Assembly (NCBI GenBank): GCA_030426805.1
Contig: JAUHXU010000001.1
Span: 605,584 to 669,583, forward strand
Direction of reading: 5' to 3'
DNA from: a bacterium
GTDB taxonomy: Bacteria; Planctomycetota; JAFGQW01
DNA length: 64,000 bases
Below are positions 31,616-41,944 of the stretch, in pieces (the stretch's first letter is position 1; every line of letters begins with the position of its first letter). The position numbers and the translations under genes are program-made. A model generated the notes under the pieces. The model saw nothing but the letters and a program-made list of their open reading frames with translations, did not search any database and was not told the DNA's origin.

Positions 31616-32143
31616 ATGGAATACGCGGCCCACAGCCTGCGCCGGGGAGAAGTGCCCATCGACGCCGACGCCCTCGTCTCCGAGTTGCACGCGCGTAACG
31701 CCCGGCGGATCTACAACTTGGCGCTCCGATTCGCGGCCGACGGGGCCGAGGCCGAGGACCTCGTCCAGGAGGTCTTCCTGCGGGTCATCCGCAAGGCGGA
31801 CCTGATCGACCCCACCCGCAACACCGACGCGTGGCTCACCCGGCTCGCGACGCGGGTCTTCCTGAACCACCGCCCCCGAAGGCCGCGCCCCACGCGCCTC
31901 GAGGCCGAGCCCGCCGCCCCCCCGGCGGCCCAGACCGACGGTCTCGAGGACGCGCGCCGGATCCTGCGGCGCCTGCCCCCCGCGCGCCGACTCGTCTTCC
32001 TGCTGGTCCACGTCGAAGGGCACTCCCCCGCGGAGGTCGCCGCATCGACCGGAATCCGCCTGCACACGGTGAAGAGCCACCTCAAGCGCGCGCGCGCGGC
32101 GATTCGCGGCTGGGTCGACCCGCCGAACGGAGCCACCCGATGA
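31616..32143 (+). CDS. ECF sigma-70 factor
   Basis: GAGGAGG SD; AEDLVQEVFLRV, AWLTRLATR and EGHSPAEVA...TVKSHLKRAR. Confidence 0.9.
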   Translation: MEYAAHSLRRGEVPIDADALVSELHARNARRIYNLALRFAADGAEAEDLVQEVFLRVIRKADLIDPTRNTDAWLTRLATRVFLNHRPRRPRPTRLEAEPAAPPAAQTDGLEDARRILRRLPPARRLVFLLVHVEGHSPAEVAASTGIRLHTVKSHLKRARAAIRGWVDPPNGATR

Positions 32144-32505
32144 CCCACGGACCCGACCCCTTCGAGCGGTGGCTCGCCGACCTCGACCGGACGGACTACC
32201 CGCTGCCGGACTCGCTCGCGCGCCCGCCGGCGACGACGCGACGTCCGATGCGTGCGATCGCGCGAGCCGCGTCCGCGGCCGCTGCGATCGTCGCGGTCGC
32301 GACGGGGGTGTGGCTCATGAATCGCGACGGCGAGGCACCGGCGCTGGAAGCACCGGCCGCGTCGCCGCCCCCGGCGCCGGTCGCACGGCTCGAACGCGCG
32401 GCACCGATCGCCTTCGAGCGGCGGGTCGCGACGATCCACGCCGGCAGTCACACGATCGAATCGGTCCGGCGGACCCACGCCGCCGGGCGCGAGGCTGGAG
32501 AATGA
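32140..32505 (+). CDS. Putative single-TM anti-sigma factor
   Basis: ATGA overlap with the ECF gene; short N-terminal domain followed by an AASAAAAIVAVATGVW TM segment. Confidence 0.6.
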   Translation: MTHGPDPFERWLADLDRTDYPLPDSLARPPATTRRPMRAIARAASAAAAIVAVATGVWLMNRDGEAPALEAPAASPPPAPVARLERAAPIAFERRVATIHAGSHTIESVRRTHAAGREAGE

Positions 32506-33815
32506 CCATGCACCGCCTGCTGATCCCCATCGCGCTCGTCGTCGCGGCCGGCGCCGCCGCCGCCCAGAAGCCGAAGGTCCGCGTGCCGTCGGAGCCGGAG
32601 TGGAAGCCCCTGCGGGCCAAAGCCGAGTCGAACGCGAAGAAAGCGACGCTCGAGTTCTTCGACGTCCGCGACCTGTTGACGTCGGATTTCCCGATGAAGC
32701 CGTTCAACACGCCGCAGACGGAGACGCCGGAGCAGCGACGGAGCGTCGCCCGGGCGCGCGCCGAACAGCAGCTGCTCACCCGCGTGATGGGGCAGATCTC
32801 CGCGAAGGGCCTCGCGGGCGACGGCGTGCAGATCGAGTTCGCCGACAGCGATCGGTCCACGCTCCTCGCGCGCGGTCCGGCGGAGACGGTCGATGCCGTC
32901 CGCCGCTGCCTGAACCGACTCCGGGCGCGTGGCTTTCGCGCGTTCAACGTCACGTGCCGCGTGTTCCGGATCCTCGACCCGAAAGCGGCACTACCGGCGG
33001 TGCTCCAGGGGGAACCGATCGGCGAGAAGGACATCGTCTTCGTCGTGAATCGCGAGCAGATGGGTCCGTTGCTCGCGGCGCTCGATCAACGCGCGAAGAA
33101 ACGCGACAACGTCGAGCCGATCACCGCGCCGCGACTGACGCTGATGAACGAGCAGCTCGGCAACGCGATGATGGTGTCGCAGCGGCGCTACGTCGTCGAC
33201 TACAAGGTGCTGAAGGTGCTCGGCGGCGAGCAGGTCGTGATCGACCCGCAGGTGGAGACGCTGGAGACCGGCCTCGGCGTCGAGTTCCGGGTCGTGCTGT
33301 CCGAGGACGAGAAGTCGTGCACGCTCCAGTCGTTCTACCAGCTGGCGCGCCTGCGCGAGCCCGTCGAGGTCGATCAGACCGACCACGGCCCGATCCACCG
33401 TCCGGTGATCGACGCATCGAGCCTGCGGTTCACGGTGACGACGCCGATCGGCGGCAACGTGCTCGTCGCGGGCAAGGCGGTCGACCGGCTGGGCGTGTTC
33501 CTGTTGCTGATCACCGTCGACGAGGCGAACCGGCGACCTCCGGAGCGGGCGCGCGTGCGCGCCGTGAGCCCGGGTGCCGGTGCAGCGGGTGCGGCCGTGA
33601 CGATCTTCATCGACGCCGGCCACACGCGCGGCTTGACCGCCGGCGCACGCGTCGAGTTCCGCGCCGCCGGCAAGACGGTGTGCGTCGGTCAGGCGACGCG
33701 CGTCTGGGACGACGTCGCCGAGGTGACGGTGGAAACCCCCGACGGCGTCGACTTCACGGGCGCCGCGAAATGGCGCGCGACCTACGAAGCGGCGGACCGG
33801 AAGGCCGTCCGGTAA
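32502..33815 (+). CDS. Secretin-like (GspD/PilQ C-domain-like) exported protein with a FlgT-C-like tail
   Basis: Signal peptide; FFDVRDLL and N3-like segment; ITAPRLTLMNEQ...YVVDY...IDPQVETLETG...VLVAG...LLLITV; tail IDAGHTRGLTAG. Confidence 0.6.
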   Translation: MTMHRLLIPIALVVAAGAAAAQKPKVRVPSEPEWKPLRAKAESNAKKATLEFFDVRDLLTSDFPMKPFNTPQTETPEQRRSVARARAEQQLLTRVMGQISAKGLAGDGVQIEFADSDRSTLLARGPAETVDAVRRCLNRLRARGFRAFNVTCRVFRILDPKAALPAVLQGEPIGEKDIVFVVNREQMGPLLAALDQRAKKRDNVEPITAPRLTLMNEQLGNAMMVSQRRYVVDYKVLKVLGGEQVVIDPQVETLETGLGVEFRVVLSEDEKSCTLQSFYQLARLREPVEVDQTDHGPIHRPVIDASSLRFTVTTPIGGNVLVAGKAVDRLGVFLLLITVDEANRRPPERARVRAVSPGAGAAGAAVTIFIDAGHTRGLTAGARVEFRAAGKTVCVGQATRVWDDVAEVTVETPDGVDFTGAAKWRATYEAADRKAVR

Positions 33816-33827
33816 GGGCGCGGATCG

Positions 33828-34709
33828 CTACGCGGCGCCCTTGGCCTTCGGGGGCGTCGGCCGAATCGCGTCGAGCAGCTCCTTCTCCATCTCGAGCAGT
33901 TCGCGCTCGCGCTTGTCGAGCTTCTCCTGCTCCTTGCTGTGCTTCTTCGACGGGGCGCCGGCCGCATCGATCTTCTTCGCCAGGCCCTTCTTGTCGCGCG
34001 CGAGTTGGTCCCACTTGTTCACGAACTTGCGGTAGCCCCCGACGAACTTCGGCAGCGGCATCGTGCCGTAGCCCTTGGCGGCCTTGTAGAGGAGCTTGAG
34101 CACCTTGCCCGCGTTCGGCTTGTAGCCGCGCAGCGACACCTCGTCGGCGAGGGCACCGGTCTTGTCGAACGCGAGGAACACCGGCAACTTCTTCTCGTAC
34201 TCCTCGCGCGCGACCGGGTCGCGGCCCACGTCGAGCTTGAGCAGCGTGAAGGCCTTCATGCCGCAGCACAACGCCTCGGATCGGAACGTGAGCATCTGGT
34301 GCTCGAACTTGCCGAGCTTCTCGGGATCGGCGGCGCTGTAGAGGTAGAGCAGCGCCGGCCGACCGCTCTTGCCCGAGGCCGCGATCTCGCGGAATTGCGC
34401 GAAGTGCGCGGCCAGTTCGTCCGACTTCGACTTCGCGCCATCGGCGGCCTTGGCTCCATCCGGCGTCCCGTTGGGTGCTTCGGTGCGCGCCGACGGTGGT
34501 ACGACCGACGTGAACGACGGGTTCAGGCGAAGCCGTGCCTCGTCGAAGCGCCCGCCCTTTCCGCCGCCGCCGCCCTTGCCGCCACGGCCGCCGCCACCCT
34601 TGCCGCCGCGACCGCCGCCTCCCCGCTGCGCATCCAACGTCGCCGCGAGCAGGATCGCGAAGATCGCGGTGCAGACGAACATCCACCGCGTGGGCTGAGA
34701 GCACTTCAT
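33828..34709 (-). CDS. Secreted CxxC-less thioredoxin-like protein with a Gly-rich N-terminus and coiled-coil tail
   Basis: Signal peptide ending LDAQ; GGGGRGGK repeats; RPALLYLY...FRSE...FTLLKLD...PVFLAFDKTG; similar to the 62872 protein. Confidence 0.6.
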   Translation of the reverse strand: MKCSQPTRWMFVCTAIFAILLAATLDAQRGGGGRGGKGGGGRGGKGGGGGKGGRFDEARLRLNPSFTSVVPPSARTEAPNGTPDGAKAADGAKSKSDELAAHFAQFREIAASGKSGRPALLYLYSAADPEKLGKFEHQMLTFRSEALCCGMKAFTLLKLDVGRDPVAREEYEKKLPVFLAFDKTGALADEVSLRGYKPNAGKVLKLLYKAAKGYGTMPLPKFVGGYRKFVNKWDQLARDKKGLAKKIDAAGAPSKKHSKEQEKLDKRERELLEMEKELLDAIRPTPPKAKGAA

Positions 34710-34864
34710 TCGTTTCACGCCTTCCGTTTTGAGCCGGGCGATTCGCCCCCGGGACACATCGACAACGAGCGTCCCGAACCTGCTCCCGGCGGTCAATGCA
34801 TCTCGCGCCTCCGATTCGTAAAACTCCGGTACCGGCGCCGTGACACGCCGGCTCGCCGGCCGGC

Positions 34865-36001
34865 TCACTCCCCGATGCCGCGGTCCGTCAGCAGGTAGAC
34901 CGCGAACGAGGCGAGCCAGTGCTCGCCCTCGTAGTGGCCGCTGAAGACGTAGCCGAGCCCGACGCGGGTATGGGCGGCGACGGCTCGCTCGAGGTGCGCA
35001 CGACGAGGATCGTCCGGCGCCAACGCCGACGCGATCCCGCGCATCGTCCAGGCGCGGTTCAGGTTGAGGCCAGCGAGGTGCACGAGCTTGCCGTCGGTCA
35101 CGTCGCTGACCGCGGCCGGGCGGGCGAGGTTGCCGAACTCGCCGCGCGCGAGGCCCGGAAAGAAGCGATCGAGCCACGCGCCGTAGGCGGGTGCGTCGAG
35201 CACGCGCCGCATCAGGTCGGCCTCGTTGAGCCCGCTCGAGAAGAAGTCCTGCCCGGAGGGCTCGTAGCGCGTCGGGTAGTCGACGTCATCGGCGTAGTAA
35301 CGCCGCGCGCGCGCCCGGGCGACGTCGACGAGTTCGTCGTCGCCGACGGCGCGCCCGTAGTCGATCATCAGCGCGAGCGCGAATCCGGTGTCGGGGTGTT
35401 CTCCCGTGCGGATCGGCCAGGTCAACCGCGGCAGATACGCCTTCGCCAACCCGACGATCCGACGTTCCAGGGGCACGAGGTGCGCCGCCCACCGGCGCGC
35501 ACGCGGATCGTCCCATGTGCGCAACTCCGCCGCGAGTTGCAGCAGCCACGCCCAGCCGTACGGGCGCTCGAAGGACCGATTGTGCTTCTGGGCGAAGTAG
35601 TCGGCCTCGCGCGAGAGGTTCTCGGCGGTGAGGTTCGCGTCGAGCGCTTCGACGATCTCGTCGCGCACGGCGGTGTCCGGGTAGAGGCGCAGCAGCCGGA
35701 CGAGCATCCAGTGGCCGTGGACCGACGAGTGCCAATCGAAGCAGCCGTAGAAGGCCGGGTGCATCTCGCGCGGCGAGCGAACCGACTCCGGGCCCACCAT
35801 GACGTTGGACGGCTTGTTCGGGTACTCCCGGGCGATGTTCGCGAGCGCGAGGCGCGCGAAGCGAACGACGCGCTCCGGGCGCAGCCGGTCACCCGGTTTC
35901 GGCAACGCCTCGCCGGCGTCGGGTTGCGCGCCGAGCGGGAGGACGAGAACCGCGATTGCGGCGACGGCGAGCGAGGCGATCCAACGGACTTCGACGGGCA
36001 T
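34865..36001 (-). CDS. DUF2891 family protein
   Basis: REYPNK, HPAFYGCFDWHSSVHGHW, FERPYGWAW, HLAGLNLNRAW and YEGEHWLASFA. Confidence 0.9.
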   Translation of the reverse strand: MPVEVRWIASLAVAAIAVLVLPLGAQPDAGEALPKPGDRLRPERVVRFARLALANIAREYPNKPSNVMVGPESVRSPREMHPAFYGCFDWHSSVHGHWMLVRLLRLYPDTAVRDEIVEALDANLTAENLSREADYFAQKHNRSFERPYGWAWLLQLAAELRTWDDPRARRWAAHLVPLERRIVGLAKAYLPRLTWPIRTGEHPDTGFALALMIDYGRAVGDDELVDVARARARRYYADDVDYPTRYEPSGQDFFSSGLNEADLMRRVLDAPAYGAWLDRFFPGLARGEFGNLARPAAVSDVTDGKLVHLAGLNLNRAWTMRGIASALAPDDPRRAHLERAVAAHTRVGLGYVFSGHYEGEHWLASFAVYLLTDRGIGE

Positions 36002-36216
36002 CGGCGGGCCTCCGGCGCGACGGGTTTCCGATCTGAGACATCTCTGAACGATCCCGCCAGTATCCCGACCCAATTCCCGCGCTCAAGCCCGTGGCCCGAA
36101 ACCCCGAGGTCTGATACGCTCGGGGAATCGCCTGCCGGCAACGACCCGGCAGCGGGGACGTGAATTGGAAACACACGGGAACGAACAGTGCCGGGAGCAC
36201 GGGTAGTGGTGTCCGA

Positions 36217-37983
36217 ATGGGAGTGATCGCGGGCGCATTCGCGCTTGACGCGCGCACATCGGTGACGGAAGTCCTTCGCGGCCTTGCCCGCGATGCGGAC
36301 GTGCCGCTCACCGACCCGTCCGCACGCGGTGGTCTCGTCGCCGCACGTGGCGCATCCGTCGCGACACAGGGCGAACTCACCGCCGCCTTCGCCGGTCGAT
36401 TCGACAACCGCGACGAGTTGCAGCGCGAACTGGGTGGCAGCCCCCGCACCGACGCGGAGTTGCTCCTCGCCCTCTATGCCGACAAGCGTGACGCCTGCAT
36501 CGGCGACCTGCGCGGCGAGTTCGTCTGCGCGGTGCACGACGCGCGACGCGAGCGCCTGGTCGTCGGGCGCGATCCGTTCGGCAGCCGGGCGATCCGCTTC
36601 CTCGAGCGCGACGGGGCGATCGTCTTCTCGACGCACGTCCGCACGGTCGCACGCCACGCGCCGACGGCGCCGGTGCTGCACGAGGCCGCGATCGGCCACT
36701 TCCTCGCGCTCGGCCACACGCCGACCCCGTTCACGGCCTTCACGTCGATCAGCCGGATTCCCGCCGGTCACATCCTCGTCGCCGACCGGTCCGGAGCGAA
36801 CCTCGTCCGCTACTTCCGCCCGCGCCTGGAGTACGACGACGACCTCCCCGCCGAGACCGCGACACAGTTGCTCCGCGAGCACGCGGTCGACGCCGTCGAT
36901 CGCGTCTTCCGCCGGCTGTCGGCACCGGCGTTGCTCCTCGACGGCGGTCGCGCGTCGACGTTGCTGGCGTGGGCCGCGGTCGAGGCGGGGCACCGACCGA
37001 TCGCGATCGAACTGGTCGACGGTCGGCAGCGCGCGACGAGCGCGCAGCGGCTCGCAGCCGCGCTCGGCCTCGAGGTGCGCTCGATCGACGTGTCGCGGGC
37101 GTCGCGCGACGCGGTCTCCGCATTCGCCAGCGAACTCGACGAGCCGACGAACGAGCCGCACGCACTCGCGCTGTGGAGTGCCGCCGAGTCGATCGGCCCG
37201 GAACACGCGGACCTCGTCGCACCGACCGGTCTCGGCGAGCTGCTCGACTACCGCCCCGGCTACGACGGCCACGGCGGCGCGCTCAAGCCGCGCGTGGTCC
37301 CGAGCCGCGTCGCCCGGAGCCTCTCGCGCCGCTGGCGGCGAGGCTTCCCCGGAGGCGAAGCGGTCCACCGCTGGGCATCGCGCCCGTCACACCGGTTCCT
37401 GCTCGGCTTCGCGCTGTGCACCGAGGCCGAGAAGCACCGCCTGCTGCCGGGGCTGCCCGGCGCCCTCGACGGCGCACGCTCATCGCGCGAACTGTTCCGG
37501 TTCTGGTTCCACGGGTCGGGCAGCTTGACCCGCTCGGATCGCTATCGACTCGCCGACCTCGTCAGTCGCCTCCCGGATCGCTGGCTCGCGGCGACCGAGC
37601 CGACGCGTCGCCGTGGCGTCCGGATCCACCATCCGTTCCTCGCGCCGGAGGTCGTCGGACTGCTCGGGCGCATCCCGCCGCAACTGCGCCAAGCGCGCAA
37701 CTGGGGGGACGACCTCAGGCGGCCGATCGTCGGACGCGTGCCGACCCCGATCGATCGCATCCGACCGGTCGCGCCGAATCTCGACTCGCTCGCACGCGAG
37801 GTGCTCGGCGCGACGACGGCATCCCTCGTGAGCCGCGACGGGATCGGCGCGGCGCTACGACTCGGCGGCGAGCGCGGCGTTCGCGTGCGACGTGCGCTGC
37901 TGATGCTCGAGTTGTGGCGCGCGACGGTCGCCGACGCGGTCGCCCCCTCGCGCACCGCCGCGGTCGCGGCGACCGGCCCGTAG
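36217..37983 (+). CDS. Asparagine synthase (AsnB)-related protein with degenerate catalytic motifs
   Basis: GRFDNRDEL, TDAELLL, LRGEF...RDPFG, IPAGH and HPFL motifs, but MGVIAG lacks the Ntn Cys and LDGGRAS replaces LSGGLDS. Confidence 0.75.
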   Translation: MGVIAGAFALDARTSVTEVLRGLARDADVPLTDPSARGGLVAARGASVATQGELTAAFAGRFDNRDELQRELGGSPRTDAELLLALYADKRDACIGDLRGEFVCAVHDARRERLVVGRDPFGSRAIRFLERDGAIVFSTHVRTVARHAPTAPVLHEAAIGHFLALGHTPTPFTAFTSISRIPAGHILVADRSGANLVRYFRPRLEYDDDLPAETATQLLREHAVDAVDRVFRRLSAPALLLDGGRASTLLAWAAVEAGHRPIAIELVDGRQRATSAQRLAAALGLEVRSIDVSRASRDAVSAFASELDEPTNEPHALALWSAAESIGPEHADLVAPTGLGELLDYRPGYDGHGGALKPRVVPSRVARSLSRRWRRGFPGGEAVHRWASRPSHRFLLGFALCTEAEKHRLLPGLPGALDGARSSRELFRFWFHGSGSLTRSDRYRLADLVSRLPDRWLAATEPTRRRGVRIHHPFLAPEVVGLLGRIPPQLRQARNWGDDLRRPIVGRVPTPIDRIRPVAPNLDSLAREVLGATTASLVSRDGIGAALRLGGERGVRVRRALLMLELWRATVADAVAPSRTAAVAATGP

Positions 37984-38015
37984 GCAGGACTTCGCGACGC
38001 GCGGCCGTCGGCGCA

Positions 38016-38993
38016 TCACACGAGGTCCGAAACGACCGACGCCTCTTCCGTCAGCTCGGCGAGCGTCGTCGCGAACTTGTCGCGCCCGAACGCATCGAAC
38101 TCGATCCCGTCGACGATCTCGTAGCCGCCCCGCCCGGTGCAGCGGCACGCGAACGAGAAGATCGTGTTCTCCGGCACGCCGTAGTTGCCGCGCGACGGCA
38201 CCGCCATGCTGACCATCCGGTCGCCGGTGCCGTGCCACGCGTCACGCATGTGGTCGACCGCCGCCGACGCCGCCGACGCCGCCGACGAGGCGCCGCGCGC
38301 TTCGATGATCTGCGCGCCGCGCTGCTGGATCGTCTTGATGAAGTCGCCCTGCAACCACGCCTCGTCGAGGCGCGATGCCGCCGGCGTGCCGCCGATCGTC
38401 GCGTTCTTGTAGTCGGGGAACTGGGTGGCCGAGTGGTTGCCCCAGATGATCATGTCGGCGACCTCGGTCGTCTGGACGCCGGCTTTGTTCGCGAGCTGCG
38501 CGACGGCGCGGTTCTCGTCGAGGCGCGTCATCGCCGTGAAGCGCTCGTTCGGGACGTCCGGCGCGTTGTTCATCGCGATCCAGCAGTTCGTGTTGCACGG
38601 GTTGCCCACCGTGATCACGAACACGTCGGACGCCGCGACCGCCTGGATCGCCTTGCCCTGCCCGACGAAGATCGGGCCGTTCTCGCGGATCAGGTCGCTC
38701 CGCTCCATACCCTTCGAGCGCGGCTTCGAGCCGACGAGGAAGATCTGGTTGGCATCTTTGAACGCGACGTTGGGATCGTCGGAGAACTCGATGCCGTGCA
38801 GCAACGGGAACGCCGCATCGTCGAGTTCCATCGCGACGCCCTCGACCGCCTTCATCGCTGGCGGGATCTCGAGCATCTGCAGGATGATCGGCTGGTCGGG
38901 TCCGTAGCAATCGCCGGCGGCGAGGCGGAAGAGCAGGCTGTATCCGATGTTGCCGGCCGCGCCGGTCACCGCTACGCGCAACGGTTGAGTCAC
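38016..38993 (-). CDS. mdh: Malate dehydrogenase (MDH type 2)
   Basis: [53 protein letters not shown] and [11 protein letters not shown]. Confidence 0.97.
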   Translation of the reverse strand: MTQPLRVAVTGAAGNIGYSLLFRLAAGDCYGPDQPIILQMLEIPPAMKAVEGVAMELDDAAFPLLHGIEFSDDPNVAFKDANQIFLVGSKPRSKGMERSDLIRENGPIFVGQGKAIQAVAASDVFVITVGNPCNTNCWIAMNNAPDVPNERFTAMTRLDENRAVAQLANKAGVQTTEVADMIIWGNHSATQFPDYKNATIGGTPAASRLDEAWLQGDFIKTIQQRGAQIIEARGASSAASAASAAVDHMRDAWHGTGDRMVSMAVPSRGNYGVPENTIFSFACRCTGRGGYEIVDGIEFDAFGRDKFATTLAELTEEASVVSDLV

Positions 38994-39116
38994 GATTCGA
39001 TCTCCGAGGGCTCGAGGGTGGGATCGGCGGTGCTTCCGCCGACGTCGAGATGGAACCGCGAGAATACGTCGGCGGCGGGGTGCGGTCCAGCGGGAAACAC
39101 GGCAAAATGGGCGGTG

Positions 39117-39842
39117 ATGCCCGACTACGACGCCGTCTTCTTCGACGCCGGCTTCACGCTGCTCTCGATGGCCCCTTCGCTCGGCGAGGCCTACGCCCGC
39201 GCCGCCGAGGCGATCGGCCATCCGTTTCCGGCCGACCGCTTCCACGAAGTGGCCGTGCGGATCTGGCACGAAGAGCACCTGCCCCGGACGCGCCGCGACC
39301 TCCGGTCGTCCGAGGCGCTCGAGCGGCAATCGTGGTGGGACTACAACGCCGCGATCGTCGAGGCGCTCGAGCCCGAGGGCTTCACGCCGGACTTCGAGCG
39401 CTGGTTCGAGGAGCTCTACGCGTTCTTCGCGCGCCCCGACGTCTGGACGCCGATGCCCGGCGCGGTCTCGACGCTCGACGCGCTCGCGCAACGCGGCCTG
39501 CGGCTCGCGGTGATCAGCAACTGGGACTCCCGGTTGCGTCACGTTCTCGACGGCCACGACCTGTCGCGCCGCTTCGAGTTCGTGCTGACGAGCGCGGAAG
39601 CGGGTGTTCGCAAACCGAGTCCCGACATCTTCCGACAGGCGCTCGACAACGCCGGCGTCCCAGCCGATCGCGCACTGCACGTCGGCGACTCGTTCGAGGA
39701 CGACGTCGAAGGGGCGCGCACCGTCGGCATCACGCCGGTCCATCTGCGGTCACGAGGCGCGGGGAACCCGATCGCGACCGACCACGAGCACGACCACCAC
39801 ACGGTCTCCGCCCTCGACGAGTTGTTGGAGATCGTCGGATGA
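39117..39842 (+). CDS. HAD-IA hydrolase (REG-2-like)
   Basis: [20 protein letters not shown] and HVGDSFEDD motifs. Confidence 0.9.
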   Translation: MPDYDAVFFDAGFTLLSMAPSLGEAYARAAEAIGHPFPADRFHEVAVRIWHEEHLPRTRRDLRSSEALERQSWWDYNAAIVEALEPEGFTPDFERWFEELYAFFARPDVWTPMPGAVSTLDALAQRGLRLAVISNWDSRLRHVLDGHDLSRRFEFVLTSAEAGVRKPSPDIFRQALDNAGVPADRALHVGDSFEDDVEGARTVGITPVHLRSRGAGNPIATDHEHDHHTVSALDELLEIVG

Positions 39843-39852
39843 AGACAATCGG

Positions 39853-40854
39853 ATGAAGACAGTCGTTCGTACGGCGCTGTGCCTGGTCGCGATCGTCGGC
39901 ACGGCGACCGCGCAACCGCTGCCGGGTGTCGAGGTCGGCCGCGTCGATGCGACCGAAATCCCCGACGTCCCGAAGCCGTTCGGGATGCGCGAGCCGGGCT
40001 TCTCCTACCGGATGCGGCCGCTGTTTCGCTACGCGAAGACGTCGGTCCACCACGTTCGCTTTCGGGCGGCCGGCATGGACGACGACGTCCGTGCGATCTA
40101 CTACCGCCCCGACGGAGACGGTCCGTTCCCCGGCGTCGTGACGATCCACGGGCTGCTCAAGTCCCAGCCGTCGTTCGCGGACTTCATCGCGCAGCGCCTC
40201 GCCGTCCGCGGCGTCGCGACCCTGATGGTCGAGATGGCGGGCTACGGCGAGCGCGTCGCGGTCGACCGCGCCGGCCGGCAGTGGTCGTGGCTGCTCGAGC
40301 CGGACACGGCGCAACGGTTCCTGCAGCAGGCCGTGCGCGACATCCGCCGCGGCGCGACGTGGCTCGCCCAGCGCGAGGAGGTCGACGCCGATCGACTCGG
40401 CATCACCGGCGTGAGCATGGGCGGCATCTTCTCCTCGCTCGCGATGAGCCTCGACCCCCGGTTCAAGCGCGGCGTGTTCTTCCTCGCCGGCGGGCGGATC
40501 GAACAGCCGCTGTTCGACGCCCGCGAGCTGACGTGGGTGAAGGCCCGCTATCGCGCGATCGGCCTCGACCGTGAAGCGGTGCGCGAACGCCTGCGCGGAT
40601 ACGAACCGGTCGAGCACGCGCACCGCCTACGGGGGCGCCCCGTCCTGTTCATCAACGCGGCATTCGACACGCTGATCACGCCGGACATGACGAAGGCGCT
40701 GCACGAGGCCGCCGGAGGCCCGCCCATCGTGTGGATCCCCGGCGGCCACTACACCGCGCTCGCGTGGCTCCCGTGGGTCGCCGCTCGAACGGCCGACCAC
40801 TTCACGCAACCCAAGGCGTCACCGACGCCGCCGGCCCCGGCGCCGGGTCGATGA
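39853..40854 (+). CDS. Secreted alpha/beta hydrolase (acetyl xylan esterase/dienelactone hydrolase-like)
   Basis: Signal peptide; PGVVTIHG, GITGVSMGG, AAFD and PGGH. Confidence 0.85.
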   Translation: MKTVVRTALCLVAIVGTATAQPLPGVEVGRVDATEIPDVPKPFGMREPGFSYRMRPLFRYAKTSVHHVRFRAAGMDDDVRAIYYRPDGDGPFPGVVTIHGLLKSQPSFADFIAQRLAVRGVATLMVEMAGYGERVAVDRAGRQWSWLLEPDTAQRFLQQAVRDIRRGATWLAQREEVDADRLGITGVSMGGIFSSLAMSLDPRFKRGVFFLAGGRIEQPLFDARELTWVKARYRAIGLDREAVRERLRGYEPVEHAHRLRGRPVLFINAAFDTLITPDMTKALHEAAGGPPIVWIPGGHYTALAWLPWVAARTADHFTQPKASPTPPAPAPGR

Positions 40855-41944
40855 GCGTCGCGCCGGGGTGCCGCGCGACGCACGCCGCGAGCGCGTCGTC
40901 GGTGCCCGCGCCCACGAGTGCGACGAGCGATCCGCCGAACCCGCCGCCGGTCATCCGGACGCCCGCGACGCCGGGAATCACTCCGATCGCGTCGACGAGG
41001 GCATCGACCGCGGGCACGCTGACCGCGTAGTCGTCGCGGAGGCTCCGGTGCGACGCCCGAAGCGCTGCGCCGACCGCACCGACGTCGCCACGCTCGAGCG
41101 CAGCGACGACCGTGTCGACCCGCGCGCATTCGGTGACGACGTGGCGCACCCGGCGTGTGCCGAGGTCGTCGAGCACGCGCGCCACCGTCGGCAGCCGATC
41201 GGCGCCCACGTCGGCGAGGCGGTCGGCGTCGGTGACGCCCGCGTCGCGGAGCGTCGCCAGCGCGGCCCGGCATTCCGCGACACGCGCGTTGTAGGCGCTC
41301 GCCGCGAGTTCATGGCGCATGCCGCTCGACACGACGGCCCAGCGGTGACTCGGCGGCGGCCCCGGGACCGGCGCGATCGCACCGTCGGCGCAGTCGATGC
41401 GGATCGGCCCGTCCACACGCCCGAAGAGTGCGGCGACGAAGTCCATCGCGCCGGACGCCACGCCGGTGCGGTGCTCGGCGTCCCGCGCGAGTTCGGCGAG
41501 GCGGGCGGCCCCGACGGCCTCCCCGGCCGCCGAGGTGAGTGCGAGCCCGACCGCGACGAGCAACGCGGCCGACGAGCTGAGTCCGGCGCCGATCGGCAGC
41601 GCGGAGTCGACGACCCCTTCGAAGCCCGCGACCGGCACGCCCCGCTCCCGGAGCACCGCGAGCATCGCGTCCGGATAGCGCTGCCATGCAGGCTCGACAC
41701 CGACCGCCGTCGTCCGCAGGTCGACGCGATCGGCAGGCACGGCGCGAAACGCGACCCGCGTGTCGAGCGCGAGCGACTGAGGCAGCACCGGCCCCCCGTG
41801 GTAGTCGACGTGCTCACCGATCAAGTTCACCCGTCCGGGCGCCCGCGCGACGTGGGTCGGTCGGCCGCCGAACGCGGCCTCGAACGCGGTCGCGAGGCGG
41901 CGCCGGCGCGCGCCGTCGGCGGGATCGGAACGGGCAGCACTCAT
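40802..41944 (-). CDS. galK: Galactokinase
   Basis: APGRVNLIGEHVDY, PIGAGLSSSAAL, YNARVAEC, SLRDDY and RMTGGGFGG. Confidence 0.92.
   Translation of the reverse strand: MSAARSDPADGARRRRLATAFEAAFGGRPTHVARAPGRVNLIGEHVDYHGGPVLPQSLALDTRVAFRAVPADRVDLRTTAVGVEPAWQRYPDAMLAVLRERGVPVAGFEGVVDSALPIGAGLSSSAALLVAVGLALTSAAGEAVGAARLAELARDAEHRTGVASGAMDFVAALFGRVDGPIRIDCADGAIAPVPGPPPSHRWAVVSSGMRHELAASAYNARVAECRAALATLRDAGVTDADRLADVGADRLPTVARVLDDLGTRRVRHVVTECARVDTVVAALERGDVGAVGAALRASHRSLRDDYAVSVPAVDALVDAIGVIPGVAGVRMTGGGFGGSLVALVGAGTDDALAACVARHPGATLIDPAPGPAASVTPWVA

Noticed and set aside
34555-34625. CCG-rich short tandem repeats
   Set aside because: Explained by the GGGGRGGK low-complexity coding segment of the 33828-34709 gene.
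36217-37983. Lasso peptide cluster
   Set aside because: No transglutaminase-like peptidase, RRE/PqqD protein or precursor nearby, and the ATP-binding loop is degenerate.
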